Counted from the first letter of the stretch, positions 31,649 to 42,016 are shown. The stretch is DNA of 64,000 nt from Flavobacteriaceae bacterium (GCA_013373635.1 JABXHN010000002.1:75570-139569); one strand, 5' to 3'. A program made the numbers and translations. Notes: generated from the letters alone by a model not told the origin.

Positions 31649-32731
31649 TTAATTGAATTTTTTTCTGAATTTGATATGACCATAAGAGGAATTGATGTTG
31701 ATTGAATGATCAGTAGCTGATCTTCCAAAACTTCCTTTGAGGTGTTTAGAGCTCGATTTTTCATTTCTGTAATCCAGATTAAATAAATCGTCGTTAATAC
31801 CTTCTACATCGGTGTATTTGGAATTGATTTCAAAATTGAAATTAGAACTCTCTGCGTATCCAATTTTAATTCCTGTATAATCAGTGTCAATGGTTAAGGA
31901 TTCTAATGCATCTGACACCAATCCAATGGTAATTTTGCCGTAATCAGCACTTAAATTGGCTGCTTTTCCAAGAAGATCAACTCTGATGTCAGTATAATCA
32001 CTATCACCTTCTAAAATATTAATCGCTTCGATGGATAGTCCTCCGTAGTCTAGATCATAACTTCCTTTGATGGCTTTGCCTAGGTCGATATGACTATAGT
32101 CTGCATTGAGGGTAAAAGATTCTAGTTCACCAACAGAAAAGTCTGAGTAGTCCAAGGAAATTCCAGCGTTTTTAATGTAGTCAGCTTCTAAATTTGAATA
32201 ATCCATATCGATTTCATTACGCTCATTGAGAAGGGTTCCCAAAACAATTTTACCGTAATCGTGAGTTAATATTACCTCGCCCTTAGACTCTTCAATAAAG
32301 GTGTCTCCGTATTTGTTTTTAATATCGAGCATACTAGTAATTGGAACGTGGATGTAATAATTGATTTTGTAATTCACATTGGTGTTAAACCAATTGAACC
32401 AACTATTACTGCTTTCAATGTGAGTTTTAGCATACACAAGAGATTTATTGCCGCTAAATTCAATATCGATATCATCTAATTTATCCTCTACTTTGGATTC
32501 ACTATTTCCAGTAACGCGAATTACTACTTCGATGGAAATCTCATCGCGATCCCAGGGGCTGATTTCTATATTTCCGTACTTGTTTTCGATTTGGAGTTTA
32601 GCATCTGAATTTACATTATAGGATTTTGATAGCTTTTTCTCTCGTGTATAGCGCCCTTCAAAATCATTGGCGTAAATGATCGAAGGAACGATCAGAGAAA
32701 GAATCAATAAGTGTTTAATAAGCAGTTTCAT
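31649..32731 (-). CDS. DUF4097-like beta-strand-repeat protein, secreted
   Basis: Signal peptide. Repeated D-Y-x-x-I/L strand units (ADYGKITIG, TDYTGIKIG, SKYTDVEG, SSYGHIKF). The assignment rests on pattern only. Confidence 0.55.
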   Translation of the reverse strand: MKLLIKHLLILSLIVPSIIYANDFEGRYTREKKLSKSYNVNSDAKLQIENKYGNIEISPWDRDEISIEVVIRVTGNSESKVEDKLDDIDIEFSGNKSLVYAKTHIESSNSWFNWFNTNVNYKINYYIHVPITSMLDIKNKYGDTFIEESKGEVILTHDYGKIVLGTLLNERNEIDMDYSNLEADYIKNAGISLDYSDFSVGELESFTLNADYSHIDLGKAIKGSYDLDYGGLSIEAINILEGDSDYTDIRVDLLGKAANLSADYGKITIGLVSDALESLTIDTDYTGIKIGYAESSNFNFEINSKYTDVEGINDDLFNLDYRNEKSSSKHLKGSFGRSATDHSININSSYGHIKFRKKFN

Positions 32732-32735
32732 CTTT

Positions 32736-33227
32736 TTATTGTTTTAATTCATTTAAATCTAATGTTAATCGATCGAGAACTTTTAACCTCGAGTTGTAAT
32801 TGTCAGTCATTGCTTTAATGATCTGTTGGGGATCACCACCTTCTTTTAAATCTTCATATAGCAATTGAGCATCTTGTTCTAATTCTGATAGCTCGGCCAA
32901 AGCATCGAGAATGACGATGCGTTCTTCTTGAGTGGTATATTGATCTAAATCACTGGTCTTTTCTTCTATGATACTATTGAAATACTGAGAAAAGGAGGCT
33001 ATTTCAACTTGAGTAGGATCTGGCTGCGACAGTTTTCCAACACCGTAAACACTCAAGAGGACTCCAATTGCTGCAGCAATTCTCATAAATGGAAATCTTG
33101 TCTTTTTAGTAGAGCTCTTCTTGAGTTTTTTTGCAAAACGCTTCTGATGCCCCTTTAGAGGTTCTCTCGAATTTAAATTTTCGAGTTCCATCTCATTTAA
33201 TTCTTCTATTACGAAATCTTCTTCCAT
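32736..33227 (-). CDS. Single-pass membrane protein, candidate anti-sigma factor
   Basis: Acidic N-terminus, basic stretch and one TM segment (FMRIAAAIGVLLSVYGV). Overlaps the ECF sigma gene by 19 nt. No HxxxCxxC zinc anti-sigma motif. Confidence 0.45.
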   Translation of the reverse strand: MEEDFVIEELNEMELENLNSREPLKGHQKRFAKKLKKSSTKKTRFPFMRIAAAIGVLLSVYGVGKLSQPDPTQVEIASFSQYFNSIIEEKTSDLDQYTTQEERIVILDALAELSELEQDAQLLYEDLKEGGDPQQIIKAMTDNYNSRLKVLDRLTLDLNELKQ

Positions 33228-33775
33228 TGTGGATCATTAGTTATTTCAGTTCTCAATTTATCTTTTGCTCTTGAGAGTAAGGTTCTGCTATTTCCTTCTG
33301 TAATCTCAAGTATTTCTGCGATTTCTTTATAATCGTAACCCTCGATCAGATTCAGTGTGAGAGTCATTGCGTAACGTTCGTTTAAGCTTTTTATCTTAGC
33401 GTAGATCCACTTTGTTTTATCGGTGTGATCTTCTCTAGATTGATCGTTAATAGGCTCTTGAACTCTGGATTCATCAATAGAAAGCCAATTTTCTTTGACC
33501 TTTTTTCGATATTCAGCAATACTCTTATTGATAACTATCTTTTTGAGCCAAGCTCCAAAACTCACTTCAGCTTTATACTGATCTAATTTTTCAAAGGCTG
33601 CTAAGAACGATTCTTGCATTATATCTTCAGCTAGAGCATCTTCTTTGACAATTCGAAAAGCAGTATTAAACATAGCCTTGTAGTACAACTGATAGAGTTG
33701 TAGTTGGGCTTTCTCCACCCCATTTTTACAGGCGTCGATTAAAAGGGCTAGTTCTTTGCTGTTTGCTCGGTTCAA
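33209..33775 (-). CDS. ECF-type RNA polymerase sigma-70 family factor
   Basis: Region 2 (..AFRIVKEDALAEDIMQESFLAAF..) and region 4 HTH (YKEIAEILEITEGNSRTLLSRAKDKL). TTG start at 33775. Confidence 0.88.
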   Translation of the reverse strand: MNRANSKELALLIDACKNGVEKAQLQLYQLYYKAMFNTAFRIVKEDALAEDIMQESFLAAFEKLDQYKAEVSFGAWLKKIVINKSIAEYRKKVKENWLSIDESRVQEPINDQSREDHTDKTKWIYAKIKSLNERYAMTLTLNLIEGYDYKEIAEILEITEGNSRTLLSRAKDKLRTEITNDPQWKKIS

Positions 33776-33993
33776 AAATCTTAGTTCTTTGTATTAATGA
33801 TGCATAAGAATCAAAAATGTTACACTTATTGATTAAAAAAATCAAATTGGCACAGGAATTGTCTAATAAAGGTAGTAATAGCAAGTGAATTCCCTTTAGA
33901 TGTTTGTGAATTAACTGCTTATTGCTAAAACATAAAATATAATTAGATGTCGTCATACACCCTAAGGTGACATTATGACGTTAAAATACACTT

Positions 33994-36447
33994 ATGAAAG
34001 ATCGAAAATTTTTAAGTATTGACAGTATGTCATTTCAGGGATTGGACGAAGATGCTGATTTAATTCCGTTAATGACACCTGAGGATGAAGAGGAGATTAA
34101 TAGGGAGCCGCTTCCGGATACCTTACCGATACTGCCTTTAAAGAACACTGTTTTGTTTCCAGGGGTTGTGGTGCCTATCACTGCTGGTCGCGATAAGTCC
34201 ATTCAACTCTTAAACGATGCCAATAATGGATCAAAAGTCATTGGGGTTGTTGCACAAAAGGATGAAAATGTTGAAAATCCAACGGGAGAAGATATTTATC
34301 ACACCGGTGTAGTTGCTCGTATACTTAGAGTTTTAAAAATGCCTGACGGAAATACCACAGTGATTATACAAGGTAAAAAACCGTTTGAAATTACTAAAAT
34401 TGTAGCAGAAACTCCATACTTGCAAGCACAGGTAAATCCTGCTTCTTGGACCAAACCAGAGGTATCTGACAATGAGTTTAACGCCATCATTGAATCGATC
34501 AAAGAGTTGGCCTTAAAAATTATTAAAAACAACCCTAATTTACCTTCAGAAGCATCATTTGCTATAAAAAATATTGAGAGTAATTCTTTTCTGATCAATT
34601 TTGTTTGTTCCAACCTCAGTATCTCAGTTAAGGAAAAGCAAGAACTTTTAGAGCTCAATGATTTAACTGAGCGTGCACTAGCGACTCTGAAGTTTATGAA
34701 TCTAGAGTTGCAAAGACTTCAGCTTAAAAACGATATCCAATCGAAAGTGAGAACTGATTTGGATCAGCAACAAAGAGATTACTTCTTACATCAGCAACTC
34801 AAGACGATTCAAGAAGAACTCGGTGGGGTTTCCTACGAAGAAGAAGTCAATGAAATGGCTGAAAAAGCAAAGACTAAAAAATGGTCTAAGAAGATAGGAG
34901 AGCACTTTGATAAAGAACTTTCAAAGCTTCAACGCATGAATACTCAAGTCGCTGAATACGGAATTCAACGCAATTATTTGGAGCTTTTCTTGGAGCTTCC
35001 ATGGAATGAGTATTCTACTGATTCTTTTGATTTAAAAAAGGCTCAAAAAATATTAGATAGAGATCATTTTGGACTAGAAGAAGTCAAAAAGAGAATTATT
35101 GAGCATTTAGCGGTTCTCAAGCTCAGAAACGATATGAAATCACCCATTATTTGTCTTTATGGACCTCCAGGAGTAGGAAAGACCTCTCTAGGTAAATCTG
35201 TCGCTGAGGCACTTGGTAGATCATACGTTCGTATGTCATTAGGAGGTCTTCGTGACGAGGCAGAGATCAGAGGACACCGTAAAACGTACATAGGGGCGAT
35301 GCCTGGTAGAATTATTCAAAACATCAAAAAGGCAGAAACTTCGAATCCTGTTTTTATTTTAGATGAGATTGATAAGCTCTCCAATAGTTTCCAAGGAGAT
35401 CCTTCTTCAGCTATGCTTGAAGTTTTAGATCCTGAACAAAACAGTGAGTTTTACGACAACTTCTTAGAGATGGGTTACGACCTATCCAAGGTGATGTTTA
35501 TCGCAACAGCCAATAATTTATCGACCATTCAACCAGCTCTTTTAGATCGTATGGAACTCATTAATGTGAGTGGCTATACCATAGAAGAAAAGGTGGAGAT
35601 TGCCAAAAGACATCTCTTGCCAAAACAGCTCAAAGAGCACGGTTTGTCGACTGATGATCTAAAGATTGCTAAGCCTCAATTGGAAAAGATTGTAGAAGGC
35701 TATACCAGAGAGTCTGGTGTGAGAACTCTTGAAAAGCAAATTGCGAAGATGGTTAGAAACGCTGCCAAGTCAATCGCAATGGAAGAGGAGTACGATCTAA
35801 AGGTAACTAATGATCAAATTGAAAAAGTATTGGGAGTTCCTCGTTTAGAGCGTGATAAATATGAAAATAACGAAGTTGCAGGGGTGGTTACTGGATTGGC
35901 ATGGACTAGAGTAGGAGGAGATATCTTATTTATTGAATCGACTCTTTCAAAAGGAAAGGGTATGTTGTCCATCACCGGAAACCTCGGAAAGGTCATGAAA
36001 GAATCGGCAACTATTGCTTTGGAATATATCAAGGCTAATGCGGATAACTTTGGATTAGCCCCTGAATTATTTGATCGTTACAATATTCACATTCACGTTC
36101 CTGAAGGAGCTACTCCAAAAGATGGACCAAGTGCTGGTATTACAATGCTGACTTCATTGATTTCCCTTTTAACCCAGAGAAAGGTTAAGAGTAAACTCGC
36201 GATGACTGGTGAAATAACCTTACGCGGTAAGGTGTTACCTGTAGGAGGAATCAAAGAAAAGATCTTAGCAGCGAAAAGAGCGCGTATCAAAGAGATTATT
36301 CTCTGTGAAGAGAACAAAAAAGATATCCTTGAAATCAACGAAAAATATTTAAAAGGCTTAACTTTCCACTATGTAAGTGAAATGAGTGAAGTAATTGATC
36401 TCGCACTTACAAAACAAAAAGTGAAAAACGCTAAAAAGCTTCAATAG
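33994..36447 (+). CDS. lon: ATP-dependent protease Lon
   Basis: LON N-domain. Walker [14 protein letters not shown]. Catalytic serine motif [14 protein letters not shown]. Confidence 0.97.
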   Translation: MKDRKFLSIDSMSFQGLDEDADLIPLMTPEDEEEINREPLPDTLPILPLKNTVLFPGVVVPITAGRDKSIQLLNDANNGSKVIGVVAQKDENVENPTGEDIYHTGVVARILRVLKMPDGNTTVIIQGKKPFEITKIVAETPYLQAQVNPASWTKPEVSDNEFNAIIESIKELALKIIKNNPNLPSEASFAIKNIESNSFLINFVCSNLSISVKEKQELLELNDLTERALATLKFMNLELQRLQLKNDIQSKVRTDLDQQQRDYFLHQQLKTIQEELGGVSYEEEVNEMAEKAKTKKWSKKIGEHFDKELSKLQRMNTQVAEYGIQRNYLELFLELPWNEYSTDSFDLKKAQKILDRDHFGLEEVKKRIIEHLAVLKLRNDMKSPIICLYGPPGVGKTSLGKSVAEALGRSYVRMSLGGLRDEAEIRGHRKTYIGAMPGRIIQNIKKAETSNPVFILDEIDKLSNSFQGDPSSAMLEVLDPEQNSEFYDNFLEMGYDLSKVMFIATANNLSTIQPALLDRMELINVSGYTIEEKVEIAKRHLLPKQLKEHGLSTDDLKIAKPQLEKIVEGYTRESGVRTLEKQIAKMVRNAAKSIAMEEEYDLKVTNDQIEKVLGVPRLERDKYENNEVAGVVTGLAWTRVGGDILFIESTLSKGKGMLSITGNLGKVMKESATIALEYIKANADNFGLAPELFDRYNIHIHVPEGATPKDGPSAGITMLTSLISLLTQRKVKSKLAMTGEITLRGKVLPVGGIKEKILAAKRARIKEIILCEENKKDILEINEKYLKGLTFHYVSEMSEVIDLALTKQKVKNAKKLQ

Positions 36448-37140
36448 TTGAACCACAAAAAGATCACCATAGCGATAGATGGCTATTCATCTACAGGAAA
36501 AAGTACCATGGCAAAGCAATTGGCTAAGTCCCTTGGGTATATTTATGTTGACTCTGGAGCCATGTATCGCATGGTGACTCTTTATGCGATCAATAACGGA
36601 TTGATCAATGATCAAATTGTAGAAAAAGAAAAACTGATTAATGCACTTTCAAATTTAACGATAGAATTTGTATTTAACGATCAAAAAGGATATTCGGATA
36701 TCTATCTAAACGGTAAGGATGTATCGGACCAAATTCGATCGATTGAGGTATCCAATAAGGTAAGTATCATTGCGGCGATTCCTCAGGTTCGATCCAAACT
36801 TGTTGCAATTCAACAAGAAATTGGAAAAAACAAAGGAGTTGTGATGGATGGTAGAGATATTGGAACGGTGGTTTTTCCAGATGCTGAACTTAAATTTTTT
36901 GTGAGTTGTTCCGCTCAAATAAGAGCTGAGAGAAGGTATAAAGAACTAATTGACTCTGGCGACCAAGTCAGTTTTGAAGAGGTCTTGGCCAATATTCAAT
37001 CCAGAGACCAGATGGATACCACAAGAGCGGTTTCTCCTCTTGTTCAGGCTGATGACGCCATTGTAATAGACAATTCCAATATGAGTCCAGAAGAACAATT
37101 AGAACTCATATTAAACTACGCTCAGCAAAGGATGCAATAA
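36448..37140 (+). CDS. cmk: Cytidylate kinase
   Basis: P-loop IAIDGYSSTGKST. ..MDGRDIGTVVFPDA... TTG start directly after the lon stop codon. Confidence 0.92.
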   Translation: MNHKKITIAIDGYSSTGKSTMAKQLAKSLGYIYVDSGAMYRMVTLYAINNGLINDQIVEKEKLINALSNLTIEFVFNDQKGYSDIYLNGKDVSDQIRSIEVSNKVSIIAAIPQVRSKLVAIQQEIGKNKGVVMDGRDIGTVVFPDAELKFFVSCSAQIRAERRYKELIDSGDQVSFEEVLANIQSRDQMDTTRAVSPLVQADDAIVIDNSNMSPEEQLELILNYAQQRMQ

Positions 37141-37185
37141 AACTGAGTTTTTTAGCACTTAACTCACTCTTTTTTAGTCAATTAT

Positions 37186-37216
37186 TTTGCATAGCATTAA
37201 AATTAGATTAATTTTG
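37186..37216 (+). promoter_or_regulatory. Candidate Bacteroidota sigma-A promoter for rpsA (TTTG-N19-TAATTTTG)
   Basis: -33 TTTG at 37186..37189, a 19-nt spacer, and -7 TAATTTTG at 37209..37216. Implies a 5' UTR of about 105 nt. Confidence 0.55.
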
Positions 37217-37328
37217 CACTCCTTTTTAACATTAAAGAGAGTGGAAAAGGGATTATTTTAAAGATGTAAAACACTTCCGATAGCTGTGTTAACACTCTCA
37301 AGAGTCGGAATACAAAGTAAATCTTCAA

Positions 37329-39152
37329 ATGGCTGAAGAAAAATCTACCCCTGCTGCTGAAGAACAACAAGCAGCTCCTGTAGCTCAAGTAGAGACTACA
37401 CAAAACACTCAAGAATTTTTAGACAATTTTAACTGGGATAAATACCAAGAAGGTATTGAGCGTGTTGATGAGTCTAAATTAGAGGAATTCGAAAAATTAG
37501 TTTCTGAAAATTTTGTCGATACTGCAGATGAAGATGTAGTTGTTGGAACAGTTGTTTATTTAACTGACCGTGAAGCTATCATCGATATCAACGCAAAGTC
37601 AGAAGGTGTGATCTCATTAAATGAGTTCCGTTACAACCCTGATTTAAAAGTTGGTGACAAGGTTGAAGTATTAATCGACATCAGAGAAGATAAAACTGGT
37701 CAATTAGTATTATCACACAGAAAAGCTAGAACTATCAAAGCTTGGGATCGCGTAAACGAAGCTCACGAAAAAGAAGTTATCGTTACTGGATTCGTTAAGT
37801 GTAGAACTAAAGGTGGAATGATCGTTGACGTATTCGGAATCGAAGCGTTCTTACCAGGTTCTCAAATTGATGTGAAGCCTATCCGTGATTACGATCAATA
37901 CGTTGGTAAAAACATGGAATTCAAAGTTGTGAAAATCAACCACGAATTCAAAAACGTTGTTGTTTCTCATAAAGCGCTTATCGAAGCTGATATCGAGGAA
38001 CAAAAGAAAGAAATCATCGGTCAATTAGAAAAAGGACAAGTATTAGAAGGTGTTGTTAAAAACATCACTTCTTACGGAGTCTTTATCGACCTTGGTGGTG
38101 TTGATGGATTAATCCACATCACAGATCTTTCTTGGTCTAGAATTAACCATCCAAATGAAGTGGTTGAATTAGATCAAAAATTAAACGTTGTAATCTTAGA
38201 CTTTGATGATAATAAGTCAAGAATTCAATTAGGTCTTAAGCAATTAGAAAAACACCCATGGGAAGCTCTTGGAGAAGAGTTAAAAGTAGGTGACAAAGTA
38301 AAAGGAAAAGTGGTTGTTATCGCTGATTACGGTGCTTTTGTTGAAGTTGCTGAAGGTGTTGAAGGATTAGTTCACGTATCTGAAATGTCATGGTCTACAC
38401 ACTTGCGTTCAGCTCAAGACTTTGTAAAAGTTGGAGATGAAGTAGAAGCAGTAGTATTGACTTTAGATAGAGAAGACCGTAAAATGTCTTTAGGAATTAA
38501 GCAATTAACTCCAGATCCATGGACTGATATCACTGAAAAATACCCAGTAGGTTCTAAACATAAAGGAATCGTTCGTAACTTCACTAACTTCGGAGTATTC
38601 GTAGAATTAGAAGAAGGAATTGACGGATTGATTTATATTTCTGATCTTTCTTGGACTAAGAAAATCAAGCACCCATCTGAATTCGTTTCAGTTGGAGACA
38701 CTTTAGAAGTAGTTGTATTAGAATTAGACGTTGAAGGTAGAAAATTAAGTCTTGGTCACAAGCAAACTACTGACAATCCTTGGGATAAATACGAAACTGA
38801 ATTCGCATTAGAAACAGTTCACAAAGCAACAATTTCTGAAATTGTTGACAAAGGTGCTACAGTAGTTTTCAATGATGATATCACTGCATTTGTACCACAA
38901 CGCCACTTAGAGAAAGAAGATGGATCTAAGCTTGGAAAAGGTGACGAGGCAGAGTTCAAAATCATTGAATTCAACAAAGAATTCAAAAGAGTAGTTGCAT
39001 CTCATACGGCTATCTTCAAAGAAGAAGAGAAACGTGCGGTTAAAGCTGCTGTTAGAAAACAAGCTGCTAAAGCAGAAGAAGCAAAACCAACTTTAGGTGA
39101 TGCTAACGAAGCTTTACAAGCTTTAAAAGATAAGATGGAAGGAAAAAATTAA
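37329..39152 (+). CDS. rpsA: 30S ribosomal protein S1
   Basis: Six S1 repeats (for example GTVVYLTDREAIIDINAKSEG, GVVKNITSYGVFIDLGGVDGLIHI). Confidence 0.97.
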   Translation: MAEEKSTPAAEEQQAAPVAQVETTQNTQEFLDNFNWDKYQEGIERVDESKLEEFEKLVSENFVDTADEDVVVGTVVYLTDREAIIDINAKSEGVISLNEFRYNPDLKVGDKVEVLIDIREDKTGQLVLSHRKARTIKAWDRVNEAHEKEVIVTGFVKCRTKGGMIVDVFGIEAFLPGSQIDVKPIRDYDQYVGKNMEFKVVKINHEFKNVVVSHKALIEADIEEQKKEIIGQLEKGQVLEGVVKNITSYGVFIDLGGVDGLIHITDLSWSRINHPNEVVELDQKLNVVILDFDDNKSRIQLGLKQLEKHPWEALGEELKVGDKVKGKVVVIADYGAFVEVAEGVEGLVHVSEMSWSTHLRSAQDFVKVGDEVEAVVLTLDREDRKMSLGIKQLTPDPWTDITEKYPVGSKHKGIVRNFTNFGVFVELEEGIDGLIYISDLSWTKKIKHPSEFVSVGDTLEVVVLELDVEGRKLSLGHKQTTDNPWDKYETEFALETVHKATISEIVDKGATVVFNDDITAFVPQRHLEKEDGSKLGKGDEAEFKIIEFNKEFKRVVASHTAIFKEEEKRAVKAAVRKQAAKAEEAKPTLGDANEALQALKDKMEGKN

Positions 39153-39176
39153 TTCCCTAAATCTTAAATAGATAGA

Positions 39177-39205
39177 AGCCCGAGTTCAATACTCGGGCTT
39201 TTTTA
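39177..39205 (+). terminator. Intrinsic terminator after rpsA
   Basis: AAGCCCGAGT-TCAAT-ACTCGGGCTT 10-bp stem followed by TTTTT. Confidence 0.85.
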
Positions 39206-39236
39206 TTGGCATATGTTAAAAAATAGCTTAATTTTG
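39206..39236 (+). promoter_or_regulatory. Candidate promoter for pyrR-pyrB (TTG-N20-TAATTTTG)
   Basis: -7 motif TAATTTTG at 39229..39236. TTG at 39206..39208. Leaves a leader of only about 20-25 nt before pyrR. Confidence 0.45.
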
Positions 39237-39263
39237 TTACTCAAAGAGCTATATTACTAGCCT

Positions 39264-39800
39264 ATGAGCCAAAAAAAACTGCTTTCCGCACAAGAGATCA
39301 ACATCATTCTTCACAGATTGGCTTGTCAGCTTTTAGAAAAACATTTAGACTTCTCAGAAACCTTATTGATTGGATTACAACCTAGAGGATCGGCATTAGC
39401 GAAACGCCTTGTAAAGATTCTAAAGGAAGAGTACAAGGTAGAAGACATCAAATTAGGTTTTTTAGACATCACTTTTTACAGGGATGATTTTAGAAGAGGA
39501 GACAAGACTCTTAAAGCGAATAAGACGGATATCAACTTCATTGTAGACGATAAGCGCGTAGTTCTTATCGATGATGTCCTTTTTACTGGAAGAAGTATTA
39601 GAGCGGCACTGACGGCCTTACAATCATTTGGAAGACCCTTAGAAGTTGAACTCTTAACCTTGATTGATAGAAGGTTTAGTAGACATTTGCCGATTCAGCC
39701 CGATTACAGAGGAAGACAGGTGGATGTGATCAACGATGAAAAGGTTCAAGTATTGTGGGAAGAAGAGGATGGTAAAGATATTGTGTATTTAGTAAATTGA
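39264..39800 (+). CDS. pyrR: PyrR family protein (uracil phosphoribosyltransferase / pyr regulator)
   Basis: PRPP-binding motif VVLIDDVLFTGRSIRAAL. Length of about 178 aa. Confidence 0.88.
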   Translation: MSQKKLLSAQEINIILHRLACQLLEKHLDFSETLLIGLQPRGSALAKRLVKILKEEYKVEDIKLGFLDITFYRDDFRRGDKTLKANKTDINFIVDDKRVVLIDDVLFTGRSIRAALTALQSFGRPLEVELLTLIDRRFSRHLPIQPDYRGRQVDVINDEKVQVLWEEEDGKDIVYLVN

Positions 39801-39807
39801 TAAATCT

Positions 39808-40734
39808 ATGAGCGAATTAAGTGTCAATCACTTATTGGGAATTAAATACCTCAACGAAAATGACATACAACTCATTTTTGAAACGGCAGACCATTTTAAA
39901 GAAGTCATCAACCGTTCCATTAAAAAAGTTCCTTCGCTAAGAGATATTACCATAGCTAACATCTTCTTTGAAAATTCCACTAGAACAAAACTTTCTTTTG
40001 AATTAGCTGAAAAGCGATTATCAGCTGATATTGTCAATTTCTCTGCAGCTCAATCTTCAGTTAAAAAAGGAGAAACCCTAATCGATACCGTCAACAACAT
40101 CCTTTCTATGAAAGTTGATATGGTGGTCATGCGTCACTCAAATCCTGGAGCTGGAATCATGCTGTCTAAACACATTAAGGCTGCGATTATCAACGCTGGT
40201 GATGGAGCTCATGAACATCCAACACAAGCACTCTTAGATTCGTTTTCGATCAGAGAACGACTTGGAGATGTAGCCGGTAAAAAAGTAGTTATCGTCGGAG
40301 ATATCCTTCATTCAAGAGTTGCTTTGTCAAATATTTTCGCTCTCAAATTACAAGGAGCTGAAGTAAAAGTGTGCGGACCTAAATCACTGATGCCTAAACA
40401 TATAGAATCATTGGGAGTCACTGTAGAAACAGATCTTCGCAAGGCTTTGAACTGGTGTGATGTTGCCAATATGCTCAGAATTCAAAACGAGCGAATGGAT
40501 GTGAGTTATTTTCCGAACGCTCGAGAATACACCAAACAATTTGGTCTCAATATGTCACTGCTCAATTCCCTCGACAAGGAAATAGTAGTGATGCATCCAG
40601 GTCCTATCAATAGAGGAGTCGAAATCACTTCTGAAGTAGCTGATTCTTCACAGTCAATTATATTAGATCAGGTTGAAAACGGTGTGGCGATACGTATGGC
40701 TGTCATCTATCTTTTAGCCTCTAAAATCAAATAA
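39808..40734 (+). CDS. pyrB: Aspartate carbamoyltransferase catalytic subunit
   Basis: FFENSTRTKLSFELA, HPTQALLD and HPGPINRGVEI. Confidence 0.95.
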   Translation: MSELSVNHLLGIKYLNENDIQLIFETADHFKEVINRSIKKVPSLRDITIANIFFENSTRTKLSFELAEKRLSADIVNFSAAQSSVKKGETLIDTVNNILSMKVDMVVMRHSNPGAGIMLSKHIKAAIINAGDGAHEHPTQALLDSFSIRERLGDVAGKKVVIVGDILHSRVALSNIFALKLQGAEVKVCGPKSLMPKHIESLGVTVETDLRKALNWCDVANMLRIQNERMDVSYFPNAREYTKQFGLNMSLLNSLDKEIVVMHPGPINRGVEITSEVADSSQSIILDQVENGVAIRMAVIYLLASKIK

Positions 40735-40735
40735 A

Positions 40736-41068
40736 ATGTTTGTAGATCAATTTCAAGATACCGTTATTTTATCTCAGGCAAACGATCCCTATGCTTTGTT
40801 TCTTTCCAATTTTATAAAGGATTACCAAAAGTGGAATTCTTTTCACATCATCATCAATTTAGAAGGGATACACAAACTTCAAAATGAAGAATTATTAGAA
40901 CTCTTACCATTTGTAGAACAACAATTCGAAAGGCAAAAATCATTTGTAATTGTATCGGATACGATTACTTATGAAGATGCTCCAGAAACACTGATTATTG
41001 TTCCAACGATCCAAGAAGCTAAAGATGTGATCGAAATGGAGAATATCGAAAGAGATTTAGGATTGTGA
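40736..41068 (+). CDS. Small hypothetical protein (possibly STAS-like alpha/beta fold)
   Basis: 110 aa with no recognised motif. Pattern ..SFVIVSD..IVPTIQEAKDVIE is reminiscent of SpoIIAA/STAS C-termini. Its stop overlaps the rnz GTG start (GTGA). Confidence 0.45.
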   Translation: MFVDQFQDTVILSQANDPYALFLSNFIKDYQKWNSFHIIINLEGIHKLQNEELLELLPFVEQQFERQKSFVIVSDTITYEDAPETLIIVPTIQEAKDVIEMENIERDLGL

Positions 41069-41970
41069 AGTTAACGGTACTAGGCTGTTATGCAGCAACG
41101 CCAAGGACAATTAGCAATCCAACCTCTCAGGTTATAGAGTTTGGAAAACACCTTTTTTTAATCGATTGTGGAGAAGGAACTCAAATTCAACTCAGAAAGT
41201 TAAAGCTTCGTTTCTCAAAGATCAATCATATTTTCATATCGCATTTACACGGTGATCACTTTTTTGGATTACCAGGTCTGGTGGCAACATTTCGATTGTT
41301 AGGTAGAAAAACACCATTACATGTTTATGGGCCTAAAGGAATAAAAGAGGCAGTGAGTTTGCTGTTAAAGCTAGGAGATTCATGGACCAATTACCCCTTG
41401 TATTTCCACGAATTAACATCGAATGAATCCGAATTAGTATTTGAGGATTCTAAAGTAACTGTTCATACGATTCCCTTGGATCACAGAGTGTATACTAATG
41501 GGTTTTTATTTAGAGAAAAGACCCATCCCAGACGAATTGATAAGAACAAAATTGAAAACTATCCACTCGACAAGTATACCTATCAACAACTAAAGGACGG
41601 AAAAGATGTTGAGACTAGAGATGGAAGAATGATTCCCAATAAGGAATTGACCTTAGATCCTAAGCCTTCACAATCCTACGCTTTTTGCAGCGATACAGCC
41701 TATTGTGAGTCCATAGTTGATCTTATTCACAAAGTGGATGTGCTCTATCACGAGAGTACCTTTTTGAGTTCAGAATTAGAACTCGCCCAAAAAACCAAAC
41801 ACTCTACTGCGCTCCAAGCTGCTACCATCGCTTCAAAAGCCAAGGTAGATACTCTCTTATTAGGTCATTATTCGACTCGATATGGGGATTTAAATTCCTT
41901 TTTAGAAGAGGCGAATCAAGTATTTGAGAACGTCCTTTTAGCAGACGATGGAATGCAATTTGAGTTTTAA
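41065..41970 (+). CDS. rnz: Ribonuclease Z
   Basis: Metallo-beta-lactamase motif SHLHGDHFFGLPG. GTG start. Confidence 0.88.
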   Translation: MKLTVLGCYAATPRTISNPTSQVIEFGKHLFLIDCGEGTQIQLRKLKLRFSKINHIFISHLHGDHFFGLPGLVATFRLLGRKTPLHVYGPKGIKEAVSLLLKLGDSWTNYPLYFHELTSNESELVFEDSKVTVHTIPLDHRVYTNGFLFREKTHPRRIDKNKIENYPLDKYTYQQLKDGKDVETRDGRMIPNKELTLDPKPSQSYAFCSDTAYCESIVDLIHKVDVLYHESTFLSSELELAQKTKHSTALQAATIASKAKVDTLLLGHYSTRYGDLNSFLEEANQVFENVLLADDGMQFEF

Positions 41971-42016
41971 AAACTTCTGTTTTTTAAAAACCTATTTGTC
42001 CTTATATTTGTTATAT

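Noticed and set aside
33726-33956. A 76-aa minus-strand ORF in the lon / ECF-sigma spacer that overlaps the sigma gene start. Also the 69-aa ORF at 37203..37412 overlapping the rpsA start.
   Set aside because: Neither has supporting features. Both overlap promoter or 5' regions of well-supported genes, and their composition is not protein-like.
37152-37159. TTAGCACT, which resembles one arm of the CIRCE (HrcA) operator TTAGCACTC-N9-GAGTGCTAA, downstream of cmk.
   Set aside because: There is no inverted partner arm within the expected spacing. It lies between cmk and the rpsA promoter, not upstream of a chaperone gene.
39153-39810. I looked for a PyrR-binding anti-antiterminator / attenuator upstream of pyrR or pyrB, as in Bacillus.
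   Set aside because: The predicted leader is only about 20-25 nt, and the pyrR-pyrB gap is 7 nt. No CCAGAGAGG-type binding loop or terminator is present. The hairpin at 39177..39205 is the rpsA terminator.
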